From the NCBI GenBank assembly GCA_000934665.2, contig KZ538356.1, positions 62,001-126,000 of the forward strand: a DNA stretch of 64,000 nucleotides, written 5' to 3'. The notes under the pieces are model-generated. The model saw nothing but the letters and a program-made list of their open reading frames with translations. It ran no database searches and had not been told where the DNA came from. This document shows, one piece after another, positions 11,901-24,661 of this stretch (within the stretch, counting starts at the first letter, position 1; every line of letters begins with the position of its first letter). This DNA is from Catajapyx aquilonaris. Its lineage: Eukaryota. Made by a program: the position numbers and the translations under genes.

Positions 11901-14900
11901 ACGTGGGGCCGTTTTCCTGCTAATTGGACAACAAAATGACCCCGCAAATATCGGCGCGCTTGTTACGCCCCATCGGGATTACGCCAAATCCTACCTACTC
12001 TAATAATTGATAATCAAACGTAATGAACTTATTACCAGCCAGTCCTCTAATCCACTGCGCCCGGGTATACATCACCCCTGCCAAGGACAAGAAGACTATA
12101 ACCCCGCGAGAATTACACGCAATCATGCGCTACAGCTGGCAAAAAAAAAAAATGTTGCCAAGTCAGACTCACATATTTTGGGTGTCCTCACAATATCCGG
12201 GGACACTTCAGCCGAATGATTGTCGCCGTCTGCCAGGCAGCACCGGTACATTTTATTGAAAGATGAAGTCCGTGACGTGTAGAGAGAAATGTCGAATAAA
12301 ATGCAGGCAATTTGAAGAAGAGGACACGTCGAGAGGGCGTGGCTTCCAGAGCCATTCGTCATTTCCTTCTTATTGATCCCAGAAGGGCTCAGGATAAAAT
12401 ATCCCGGGCCATTTTCCGTAGATCAAGTTTGGGGAGGGGGGTGGGGGAGACTTCTCCAGGAAACAAAACAGTTTTTAAAAAAAGGAGGCCATTTGTGCCT
12501 AGATTTTTGACCCAGCACAAATCTCAAAAAAGACCCGAAATTCAGCGTCACAGGCACCGACTACATAATACAAGTGCATTGTTTAAGAGGCCAACAACCT
12601 GAAGGTGAGACGTGCTGCTGGCAAAAGCGCGTACAAAGTTTCGCCGGGAATGAAATTCTTCGGGCCTCAATTCCTTGTGGAAATGCGAACCTGTGCAAGC
12701 AACTATGCGCATAATGTCCTTTCTTTTCCTTCCCACCCCTTTGCTTTTGGCGACGACCCAAAAGATTCTCTCCTCAAGATTTTGGGGCCACTGCTGTCAG
12801 GGACTTTGTCCGGACGCAAATTAAATCCAAAGCAACCTCCACTCCACACTTCTCGTCATTCCTGTCCATGTCGGGAGGCTTCATTTCACTTACGCACAGT
12901 ACATCTCAAGCGTCGCTGGCATCTCTCACATCAGAGAACGTCTGATCATCTGATCTACTGATGCTGGCATTCGCAAGCCTCGGACAAGAAGTTCCGCTCA
13001 GCATCTGGCCGCAATTTCATAATAAACCAGCGAGGTTTCAACCTCAAAGAATCCCCCCTCCTCCCTCTCCACCTTCCCTCATTTCTGGAGCCCAGAATAA
13101 GGATGAAGGCTGCGAGCATCGTGATTAAGTTTCTCTAAGCCCAAATTGAATCTCCTTGAAATGAGTCGCGGATGAATGAAAGACGCCTCATTAAGCCGCC
13201 TCTCAGCTCAACCTCAGCCTGCGAATCACTTGTGTCATCCTCCAATGACATTGTTATGCTTTCCTCCCCCATTATTCATCCTCCCCATGCAATGTCGTCA
13301 CTTCGACATGTCCCGCAGGCGAAAGGGGGACAGCCATTCTCGCCCATTAGACATTTATCCGTGCCTATAATCAAATATGTTGTCCTACAAGCTTAAACGT
13401 TTGGTCCATTTAAACGGGCCCTCTAGTTAGTGATCTAAGGGCCACTCTTGACAAGCAGGTGAGCAATTCTTTAGTATGTAAATGAATGCGACGGTGCAAG
13501 CGGCTGAAACACTCGGGCGTGGCATATTGGCGGTCGGTAAGAGGATAGGTAAAACAGCCAACTTCAGGCAAAACGAACCCAAGAGCGGTGAAGGGGGGAG
13601 GAGAGAACAGGAGAGAAAACCTCGCCTCAACAACTCGAAAGAAACAATGTGGAAATTAACGAATTAAACCGTAATCTGCATGCTAATGAAGCAGCGCTAC
13701 AGAGTAATTAAATTTTTGTCAGCAATTAAAATGGCATTTTAATGAAACGTAACGGAGGGAAACTCCCTCCTGATGTATTGTGAAAAGAAAACGGAGGGAA
13801 AACTTGCAAAATCAACGTTGGGATTCGGCCCCCTAAACGATGTAATTACTTGATGAGGCGGCGGCGGCGGATCTCGCTCCATGATTGCGCTTCCTCTCTC
13901 CCTCTCCCCACTCCCAGCCTCTCCCTCAGGACTGGAAAACCCCTTTTCTACCAGTCCAAATCGCTAGATGTTTCCAACCTATAGGAGGCCAATCTCACTT
14001 ATTCACCGAGACACCTGCTGCAGGAAGACTCTTCTCACCTGGGGTCTCAAGCATGCAAGTATGACAGCGCTCCTGCAACTGCCTTCTCCCGCGATAAATC
14101 CCACTAACTAATTGGACAACTGAGACCAAACATCTGGAATTGTTTTCCAATAATCCTCTTCCAAACGACTTTATTCGATCCACTTTTGCATCCACCTCAT
14201 TCTTTAACTGCCCAAGGAAAAAAAAATAAAAGGGGGAGAGAAGGGAGGAGGAGGAGACTCGAATCTGGGAAGTGGGGAGGAATGCTTCTGTGCGAATTAA
14301 GGAATATAATCTCCCTCAGGACTTGGACTATTCTTTTCCTTCCTGCCTTCCTTCCTGGCTCTTTACATAATTTGACGTCATTTTTTGACTGTAGAAAAAA
14401 AAACTTTGGCATGGCTTTCCGGTAATTCTGACTCTAATTTATACCTGCATCTTATCTACTTATGCGTTGCTCCAATTCTGCCACACATCATACCCTTTCA
14501 TGTCGAAGGGAAATTCCAAGAATCCGTAAATTTGAGTACATATTAGTTTAAAAATACAAGGAATAAAACCTCTGAGTCGAGGCAGGATCGGTTGTGTAAC
14601 CGCAACGATATCTACACTCCCAATATAATAAAGCACGTAACGGAGTAGAATTCACCGCACGCCCTCTCTTTGTCGTCCTTTAAACAAGGCTATTAGTGTC
14701 GTAGGCCAGTGTTTGTAGGCACCACAAAGAATGGAAGGCAGACAAGGTAATTGGGGTTCAGTTTCCTTGGTTGGATTGCAACTTTTGGTGGACTATATAC
14801 TGCCAGCACCAGCATATACTGCCGCCACTGCGACCTGCGGAAAGGAATCACGGACTCATCCTGAATCTCCCTTCTCCGCTCCGAAACATTATCCCCCCCC

Positions 14901-15948
14901 NCCCCTTTCCTTCCCTCCCCCACCTTCCTCCCCACCCATGATTTAGTAAATACCATTTCGCTCCCAATCCTACTCTACCCCCCTTTCCTCAGATAACCCC
15001 ACGTCCACAGGAGAATACCAAACCCCCCTCTCCATTCCAGCCAAAAGACGCAGAAAATATAGAGCTGGATATAGGGCGAAGACTTTGCCCGCATCTCCAT
15101 AGCTTTCTAAACTGAATGTGCAGCAAGCTCAACGCCAGGGCCTTCTCTTTGCTTTGACGATATATATTTTTTTGTTCCAGTTGACTCAGAAGAAGGGTAA
15201 ATATCTGGCAAAGACTTTGGCAAACTTGGGTGTCACTCTTCTGTAAAAATTGTTCTCAAGTTGTGGCACGTGGCTTCAAAAATGGGATCGCACAGATTGT
15301 GCTCGCGACTAATTAGCCAAATTTTATACATAATCAGCAACTTTTTAAAGTAATGGTATATGTAAAAAAAATCGACATCTCGAGCCAACGTGTCACGGGA
15401 AAATGCAGCAGTGGATATAATTTCTATGCAAATATTTTCTTGCAGTACTCATAATTTCAGAGCGTTCACCCCGATTGAATCGAAAACTCAAAAATGTAAA
15501 AGTGTCCACCGTTCCCCATCTTGAACCAGCCAGAAAGCCAACAAGCAAGCGCTTACGGCGCGATCAAGTCCACTTCATCCTGCGCTATTATGGAACCCTC
15601 TTGCCTCTCCGGTTCACCGCAAGGGTGTATCTCGCAGGGGCAAACAGCTATCAGACCATGGATGCTGGGGGTTCACCAAGAACAGCAAATGAGCACAGCA
15701 AAGGGGGGGTTGCAAGGGTGAGGTCCTCCCTCCCCAGCAGGAGAGCTGCTTTCCCTGGGGAATCAGCTGCAGGCAATCGATAGCGACTCGTCTTCCTGGT
15801 CGCAGCAGTAATTGAAAGCGAGGCCTAGATTTGCCTTCCCCAGGCCCAAATTCCTCTCCATTGATCGGTCATGTTCAGTCATTTCCCCTTCCCTCAACTG
15901 GCCCCTATGCGAAGGGCACTGTTAAATGGTTTGGAGAGGGTCACTCAC

Positions 15949-16023
15949 CTGCTCGGCGGCCATGTATCTGTTGTCGTGCGACGCGGAGGAAATGGAAAGC
16001 GCCACGTCAAAACTTTCCGAGCC
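15949..16023 (-). CDS. TOX: TOX exon: GSESFDVALSISSASHDNRYMAAEQ
   Basis: Strong acceptor ttgtttgttattcttgcag|GGC and consensus donor CAG|gtgagt. 75 nt, open in phase 0/0. It ends in Q, giving the family-typical ...Q|TFH junction. Confidence 0.85.
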
Positions 16024-17083
16024 CTGCAAGAATAACAAACAAGTGAATGAGTCGCGTGCCATGACCAAGCGCTAATGTGATTACGTGTCAAGTGCTGGCG
16101 AAAACAAGCTGGGTTGTACAAGAAAGAAGCATACCCTCCCAAAAAATTTTGCCATGTTATAAGGTTGATTAGGCAAGAATTTTTTGACAGGCGAGGCGGA
16201 AGAATGATCGTGATTAGCAGTTATCGAGACGGCAGCCTCCATTTGCAGTTTCTCTCATTTTTTTTNGGGGGGGGGGAGGTCCCAGAGAGAATTATGCAAC
16301 CAGCGGCAGTTGGGCGCGTCATTAGCTGCGATTTATAGCCACTGCTCGGCGCCCTTCCAATATTACTTTTTCCCCACCTCCTCTGTACTGCATTAGATTT
16401 CCGACAAATTTCCTCCAATCATTAGCTTAAATTACTACATTAATGTTTCATCACGAACGGATCAAAAACGGATTCCCATATTGTTCTTTATCGATTCTCC
16501 GCCAATTCCCTTCCGCCCATTCGCAGGCACAGCGCTCGTGACTGCGCATTTCCCTCTCTCTCCTTACAAAACGCAATCACATCGCTCTCAGACTGTGATG
16601 CACGGTATATCATCAAGCTTCAAGGAGGCAGGGAAAACGATAGAGCGAGCAGTTAGCCTATATATAAAACAAACATCACATCCTCTCGCGGAAATCTCAA
16701 CATCGCTGCTAACACGTTCTAATCGACTCATTGGACAGCCTCAAAACAAACACTTGCCTGTAACAAGGTGTTCCAGCGCTTATGGGAAAAAATTACGCGC
16801 CATCACGAACGGTTGTCACTAAGGTGCAAAACCGATTTCAGTTCATGGCCTTTCAACTCAGGTAATGTTTTTGCCGCCTTAACCTAGCTACGAAAAGCGA
16901 ATTCATCTGACTGACGTGCTAATTGCTTATCGGACAACCTCAAAACTTCCGAATGCCACAGGCAGTTTCTCTCATCAGCATGGGTCTCCAGCTTTTTTTT
17001 CTTGGTTCCTCACCCCCTTTCGTGTCTCCGACCTAGTCCAACCAAGCCCTACTAACCCCGGGCTGCAGCCGGCGCCCTTCTAC

Positions 17084-17100
17084 TTCTTCTTCTTCTTCTT
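17084..17100. repeat. (CTT)n trinucleotide run
   Basis: ttcttcttcttcttctt. Confidence 0.85.
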
Positions 17101-20100
17101 GTTCGTCCCTTGCGGAGCACGCCAATTACTGGCGCCAACTCCCCCGCAACTCCCTCCCCACCCTCTTCCTTCCCCTTCCCGCCACAAACGCTGCCGACGC
17201 TGAACCGACTTGCCTCCTCATTTACGCCTCGACTCCATTCACTCTTCTTCTTCTCGTACGCTGAAGCTGGCTGCTGCCCATCCCATTCACACAAGCACCG
17301 CCGCACCCCCTACCCACCCATCCGCCGTCTAAGAACCGCAGAGCTCCACGACACTACTACGAGTATATATACCTACGAGCTGGCTTTGGCTGGCTCCACG
17401 GGGCTGCCTTCATTATACACCGCGATTTTAAAGGCTGCAAGTTAGTAATGCAAAAAAATATACACATACTGCAATTGCAGCTTTAACATTTTCAATGCGG
17501 TTTCGTAGGAAGCAACTTTAAGCACAATAAAAGCAGGTTCCATTTTGGCACGAAGTTGGTGCAAAAAACTGAACTGTCAGAAAGGATCATAACAGATGAC
17601 GGCAAAAGTCCAAGCTTCAACCGCCATATTATTAAATATTTTTCAGGCTTATAGACACAATCTTGTGAAAGCCAGATTACAGCCAGTGTTGGCTGATAAC
17701 TCAATAATTGCGAGTGATTAAAAAAATACAACCAATGCATAAGACCGCATCCTATGTAACACCGGCAGATTCTTACACCCGGTTTTGCAATAATAAGCAG
17801 CAGTATACAGGGGCCAATGGCTGGCGGGGTAAAGCGACACTTTGCTCGTCGCCATCAGAGGGGGGGCCCAAATAGATTTGCCAATGTTACTCGTGCTGTA
17901 ATCGATATCGGCAGCGAAAAGGAATCGATATGAAATTCAATTATCCCTTCAAAATCCGCTTAATTGGGAATTTTGAATCAGCTCCAGCTTCAAATTTCCG
18001 GCCCAAGATTACCTGCCGCGCAGCTCACGCTTCACTTTCATTGCTTGGCGCACCCTCGCCATCTTTCTCTCCAGCACTTATTCGCTTCCTTCTCACCTCC
18101 TCAACAGTTACCAGCACAAATCAAGCCATATGTGACACTAACCCTATGACTTTTATTCTATACTACTATGGCATCTGAGAAACCAGTGTGCCAACTTCCA
18201 AATTTATCAGTAGTCAGAAAGTGAGTTAGGTAGCCCGGACATACAAACTTTCCGCTTTATATAATTAGAGATTCTCGACATATTTTCAACCCCCCTGCCT
18301 AATTTGAGCAAAGTGCACAATGAACAAGTAGACGCATGATTTGCTAGAGAAGGGGCGGATAAGGAGGTCGATTATTATGTTAATAAGGTCAAGTCGTTAA
18401 GCGGAACCTTGAATGAAACAAGGGCCTCGGATGAAAGCAGGCGCTGAGTCATGGCCCTCAATCATTCAGAACCCCATTTTGCAGAGTCTCTCTGTTTGAC
18501 CTGCCATACATCAGTCGTTCCATATCTTGTCAGCTCCCAATCGATTCCGGATGGATGATGATTCCGCCCATTCACCTCCCCACCTCCTACATCATTCAAT
18601 CCAAGTCGAGTCTCCGGAGAAGTACAAGTAAATACGTCCTCTTGTCCCAAGAAGCAAATCAGCTCTCTTGTGAACGTCAAAGTGAGCAACGTCGAGTCTC
18701 CAAATGAGATGCTGGAAAGGGTGTGTGTATAGATCCCGCTATACGGTACCGTATACGTGCGATGTGGGCTTTGCTTGATTTCGGTTGGTTTTGGCCAAGA
18801 GGATGCGGGCTCACGTGTGTTGGCCATTCTCCGACACCTTATCAGGCGGCACTCGTGTTGTGTCCACAGTCGCATTATCCTGCAGGCCGTTAGAACCTCC
18901 GGTGTGTAGTTGCAGCAAACACAAGCAACATCAACGACTCTTTACACCGTCGTTACACATATTTCATACGTCAGGTTTTTAAGAGGCCAGATTGGGTGAA
19001 ATATTAAGGGTTAAGGAACCGCTGGCCAGTTTAGGCTTGCTTGAAACGTCGTATACAGCCAGGAAAATCATACCTACGCTTGCAGCTGAAGTCTGCAAAC
19101 TTGCAACCTCATTATTCCACATTCAGGAATGACGCCACCAGAAATGGAAGGCGAAGGTGACCGGAATCCATAATAAGGCCCCCGACAAAGTCGTGTACAC
19201 AACGATGCCTATTATCGATACAAGAACTTCATATTTGTGCTATATCTACTGCCAGTGATCGGCTTTTGGGCCTGGGCCGAGGGATGATCGGAGTGAGTGA
19301 GTGGAGTCCAACCTGCCGCTAATGGCCCGCATAATTGGGCCTGATTGGGATCCTCGTGAGAAAGAAACAGCGAGGCTTGATGGTCATCGCCTAAATGGGA
19401 CCCAATGCGGATTGCCAATGCCCCTCCTTCTCCGATCCGCTATATGTTGCTGTAGCCGCGTCTTTATCTCGTCCAGTCCCTCCAAAAGGAGACAAAAGTC
19501 GTGAGGCACGAAAGCCCATTAAGCGTGACTTGGCCTCGGATCTGGCTCCGGACATGGAATCTACTGTATACCTTTCTCCTGAGAACATTTACTTTTCCGA
19601 CAAGTATAGGAGTGGCCCACACCTCCCCTCGACCGCCTCCCATCCATCCCACTTGTTCATTATCCCGCCCAAAAGGTCTTCATCTAGCAAGAGTGCTCCC
19701 GAGTTGCACAGGGGGGTTAAACAACGGTTGTCAGAATGAAAACACAGGCGTTTCCGACAATTTTGCCTAAAATAGAGTGGAAAGGAAGTCGTGCATGTTG
19801 GCGTGCATGAGTTAGACCACGAAATCACTCGATCCTTGAATGCCCGGTGCGATTACAACTTGAGGGCGGCTGATACTGTCCTCATTATGTGATTATGCCT
19901 CAAGACATGTTACTTTACAGTATACCGGGTGGTATACTAGAAGTTGACACCTTTCACTGTGGAACGACGTAAATCAAACATGCGAATTCACACTGGTACA
20001 GTACAGTACATCCCGATGTGTGCAGAGGGGAGTATTCATTGTCAACATATAGGGAGTGTAATACCCTGTAGAGTAAGACAGGAAGGCGGCTGCAGTCCAT

Positions 20101-23100
20101 AATAATAGTGTTTTGCACCGCATTCGGCTAATATCCCTTCGGCGCCTGTGAATCCACGTGATGATGCCTACTATCCCGTGGTCATTAATTAAACGGTATA
20201 TTCACCAAACCATGTTTCATGTATAACGGGCAAAAAATAATAGTGCTGTTCATCATGTCATAAAACGTAACGATGCATTGGAATTTTTTTTTGTGCGCGT
20301 CAGGTTACAAATCTTTTAAGTCGTATGGCTGCAAAGGCATTTACCAATGGAACTATGCATTTAAAAAAACCGGAATGGGCAACCTAATAAAATTATGCTA
20401 CTTTCAAATGAGACAAGTAAATTTAGCGGAAACTAGGGTTTCATCCCCTGCAGGCTAGTAATACCGCTAATATTAATTACTCAGTTTCATAACGGCAAGT
20501 AGCTGAAAAATGTAAATGCCTTTCAAATATTGCCCCGAGTGCAGATAATGTAAAACTTGCCAAAACACTCATTGAATACCTATAAAGCAAACATATCCCG
20601 GAATGAAACTATACGCATACAGTGGAGCCAAATCCAGGGGGTATCCTACACTGGAAAAAAAAAATTTGCCAAGACGTTCCAGATTGCCATAAATTGTGAG
20701 TAATTAAGCACCAGAAAAATGGGCAGAGTATGAAAAAAGAAAGAAAGAAGGCAGAGTGAATTGAGAGCGACTGCATTTGTGCCTTCTCTTCTCTTCCAGG
20801 CGAATATCGATGGGAAGCGAGGGAAAAACTGAGGGATCGGGCGGAATAAATAGTTTCATTTGGCGAGATTCATGGGCGCCTTGGTTGGTGGGCGACAGGG
20901 ATTGATGCCTGCTGCTGAATTAATCATAGGCCCAGCGCTGCTTGCGGATTCGGAGCGATGATTGGCTTTCGAATTTGTCACGGCAGCCTCCGGATGAAGA
21001 GCTTCGTTAAGGGGATATACAAGTAGAGCCGCTCCGAATTAAAACGTTCGGCGCCTAATTGCACCTACACAGATCCCTGGAATCATAATCGGCTCAACCT
21101 GAGATCATTTCGTCTAATCGAGACTTTGGCTGGATTAAAGGCCTCTCCCAACCGCCACAGAAGCACAGCTCAACAGCAGGTGAGAGGCGACAAGCGATAA
21201 ATAAACTTGCTGCTTACCAAACGGTCACTAAACTTCAATTTAAACTGTGAAAATTTTCTGTACCATTGGCCACTTTGATCAAGTCGTGTTCTACCAGGAC
21301 AAGGAAAAAGAAGCAAAACCTTTTTCCCTCTATAGTCCCCGTATACCTTCCACTTTCCTTCATTCCTCTCACTCTCTCTCTGGATGCAGCGGCCGCATCC
21401 GGGGGACCAATCATATTTCAAAGCCCTGCCATCCAGCTCAATCTCAGGCGGACGCTGCAAATTATTGATGGCTACCCTGCTGAATTATCCATTCCCTTTT
21501 GCTGGTTGCTCGCCCCCCTCCCCACCTGCACAGACTAACCAACCAACCAACCCCTCCATCCCTGCCACCCACCCCCAACTTCAACCAACACAGCCATTTT
21601 TCATTATTTCCATCACAACTTCGTATGTACTGCGGTTATTATTTTCTACGTCGCATCCATCTTTCCACTTACCTCGATGCAAAAACCAGGCTCGCAGAAC
21701 CAATTTAATCATAGTGTAAATAAATCATCTACGACTGGAATTTAAGGAACATGTCTATATGGAATTTTCTGGGGACGTTAGAAGGCTTTGTAGGATGCTT
21801 AACATCACACTGTTCGCATAGTTCTGACTGCTCAAAGGGAAGGAAACTATAAATGCTACAAACCCTTCCACATAGCATTTCCCCAGTTCAGTCAATCCAA
21901 GACCTCCAGAGAAAAACAATTCCGTTTCCTTATCGGCTCATATCTGCACTACATCATGTTATTTGGGCGCAGAGCAATTTTTGAGCAAGTCGATACCAAT
22001 ATCTGCAACGGGTTGTTCGCTTGGGTGAGTACAGATAGGGGTCTGGTGGGTGGGGGAGGGGGGGGGGAATGAGCCGGGTGGAACAAGTGCACGTTGGATG
22101 TGGATTCTTCGCCTAAGACACTGCTGGTCGGAATACGAACATGGAGCAACAAATAGAAGCCCCCCCTCCCCCCCCCCCAAAAAAAAAGAGGGGGGGGGAG
22201 TAAAAGTATCGACTTTCTCCAGCCCAGCGCCGATAATAACAAACATGGTTTCCGACAAGGCGGGCTGTCATTGGCTGCGACAAGACGTCCGAATCGCCGA
22301 TTAATATTTATGATGGCCAACCAGCAGCAGCAGCAGCAGAGAATTCCTTGGCCACGTTCATAGTATACTCAGCCATCCGGATGTTTTTCTTTTCTCAGTG
22401 CCCATCACATGTCCACCCAATCATAACATCACAGTTGGGGCCCTCCCTGATATTTCCGGCACGGGTTATCACGCTTACATTTGCGCCGACGGAACGTTTT
22501 CCCTTCGATATTCACGGCCAGGGGGGTAGCCAGATGTTTAGAAAACGGAAGAACGTGAAGACATTTTACACGGTCAGCTAACCAGCCGTAAAGTCATGTC
22601 CCCTCATAATCTCAAACATACAAAGCTCCACATATATTTGGTAAAATGTAGCTACCGGTACTTTATGATTACATATTTTTAATTAATAAAAAATGCAAAT
22701 TGGTTCCGTATCAATGGGTACCTATGACATGCGCGTTCCAAGTCCATCAAAATTGCCAAACAAGCAGAGCGGGAGACTGTATACACACAGATGCAAGTAA
22801 ATAAGTGAAGAGCGCATATGAGAGGAGAAAGAGGGATTACATGTCGCGCAGGTTGGCAACACAAGCGGAAAGAAATCGATGGCCTAAAGTCATCCGGTTG
22901 CACGCAGCCAACCCCCCTCTCCTCCCTACCCTCTGTACCCCCTGCCTTTCCCTCCCCCTCCCTCCCTTTTCACATAGTCAATACCCGGATGAATGCAAAT
23001 CCCACATTTCTCGCGCTCTCTACGTCCCCCCCCCCCTCCCCTCATACCACATACTTCCCCCCACCCCCCACCCCCCACGCACCTACACATGCTGTCGGCA

Positions 23101-24592
23101 GCACACATACTAGCCAGTCAATCCTTTGTTACACTGCATTTTTTCGCGAGGTCCCTTACACAGTCTTTTGCACACTCCGATTAGAGATCACCAAGAGGGT
23201 GAATAAGTCACATATCTGGCAGCAAAATGCCATTCTGGCTCAGGCCAATATGTGCAGCACATATGGGCGAAATGTCACATGTGCTCCAAGCTGAGACACA
23301 ATTCCAGGCAAATAAATATCCATACAATTTCAAAAAGGCTGCCTTAAAAACAAAGGAATATAATTATGTGTGATGAATGTGAACATAATGTTTCATACTC
23401 AATAAATAGTTTAATTTTGCAACATTTACGCCCGCATCATCTGTCTTTAGAGTGTACTCCGCAACATACGCCTTTAAATTTAATATGCACCTATACCCTG
23501 ATGATCAGATGCTCCACACATGCAGGTAGAGTGTTACAGGAAGAGAGCGCGTGCGTGGAAGGCGTTGTTGGACCATTCCTTGCCTCTGGTGCCTGGGCTC
23601 TCCCTATAAGCAAAACTGGCACTGCCTTATTCATAGCAGAAAGGCAATCTAGCTGACGGCTGCCTTAGCCATCTTTAGAGGTGGTCGATGGGGGCGAACT
23701 GGGAGAGAGAGCAAATTGGAGCGCAAATCGTCCGAGTTTCAACTGTTTCCCTTCGCCCACCAGGCACCCCCCCTCATACTTTTTAGCCTCGCAATTTTCC
23801 GGCGTCAGCTGCAATCTACGTAGCAAAAAGAGATCCCTTTTTATCGCTATACTGTGGCCAATGGCACTCTCCCCCCTTCCAATAACTCTATTACCACAAA
23901 AAAGTGCAGAAAAAGAAAAACAAAGTCAAGCGCCGAATGGTATTGATGCCCGATCAATCCTCTCATCTGAATTAGCTCGGTAATATGCACCCAAGATGTG
24001 CGTCGCAGATTCGTCTTAATCAGCTCAAAGATGTAATCTAAAACTTTGTCTGTAAAAAAAAAATGACAAAAGTTTCGTATGAGCTGTTTACGCCGATTAC
24101 GTCGTTCAAAATCAGCTGCGTATAAAAATTCATTCGGCGCACATCTCCATCATGCCACTGGATCGGTCGTAGCACAGAAGGAATCCTGTCAAAGTGAACA
24201 TCCGTGCGATATGATGGCACACATGGCCGCACCTGGTCAGTTTGCAGCAGGATCGTACGTGTGTGTGTCTGTGTGTGTGGATGCAAGCAGGGCAAAGAAG
24301 CAGAGCAAAGCAAGGCCGGCTGCGGAACAAGGGCCTGACCATTCGAGGCACGTCTGGTGGAGGCCATGCAATTCACAGTTAGGCTAAGCAAGCGGCGGCG
24401 TAATTGCGGACTTGCAAACCGCATGGGACCAGTCCCCCCTGCAGCCCAGCTCCGCCGAGACCAACGGAGGAGACTTCGATACCAATCGTGCTCCCAATCC
24501 CAACTCACTCCTGCTGCTGGACCACCCCAACCATCCCTGCACACAACTTATTCTCTTTCTGCCACGTTGGTTTCGGCCTATGTGCAACTTAC

Positions 24593-24661
24593 CTGATAAT
24601 ACAAACCAGCACAGAACAAATAACGATCCGGCCTACCCCCCCAGATATGCAAATGCATCAT
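24593..24661 (-). CDS. TOX: Putative first coding segment of TOX: MMHLHIWGGRPDRYLFCAGLYYQ
   Basis: Perfect donor CAG|gtaagt at 24593/24592, with an open frame from tandem ATGATG at 24661, phase 0 into the next exon. A possible acceptor (ttttag|G) lies at 24676/24675. Not confirmed by homology search. Confidence 0.6.

Larger units (their letters stand above)
1..24661 (-). other. TOX: TOX high mobility group box family gene span (3' part lies beyond the left edge; true 5' end uncertain)
   Basis: Spliced exons give TFHIPSFGDEEFDIPPI (TOX N-terminal motif), KKPKIQKKKKKRDPNEPQK (TOX basic NLS) and [37 protein letters not shown] (TOX HMG box). All introns are GT-AG with matching phases. The expected next exon (VYKKKTEAAKKEYLK-like) was not found in 1-1995. 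Confidence 0.95.

Noticed and set aside
13409..13426. TTTAAACGGGCCCTCTAG resembles a pcDNA3.1-type polylinker
   Set aside because: Only 18 nt, the flanking restriction sites are incomplete and there is no other vector sequence. Treated as coincidence.
18462..18875. 137-aa minus-strand ORF inside a TOX intron with an acceptor-like ctttccag
   Set aside because: No recognisable homology and no convincing donor.
20062..20072. TACCCTGTAGA, identical to the 5' end of miR-10
   Set aside because: Only 11 nt match, the rest diverges and there is no pre-miRNA-length stem.
21100..21109. TGAGATCATT, the 5' end of bantam
   Set aside because: Only 10 nt match and there is no hairpin.
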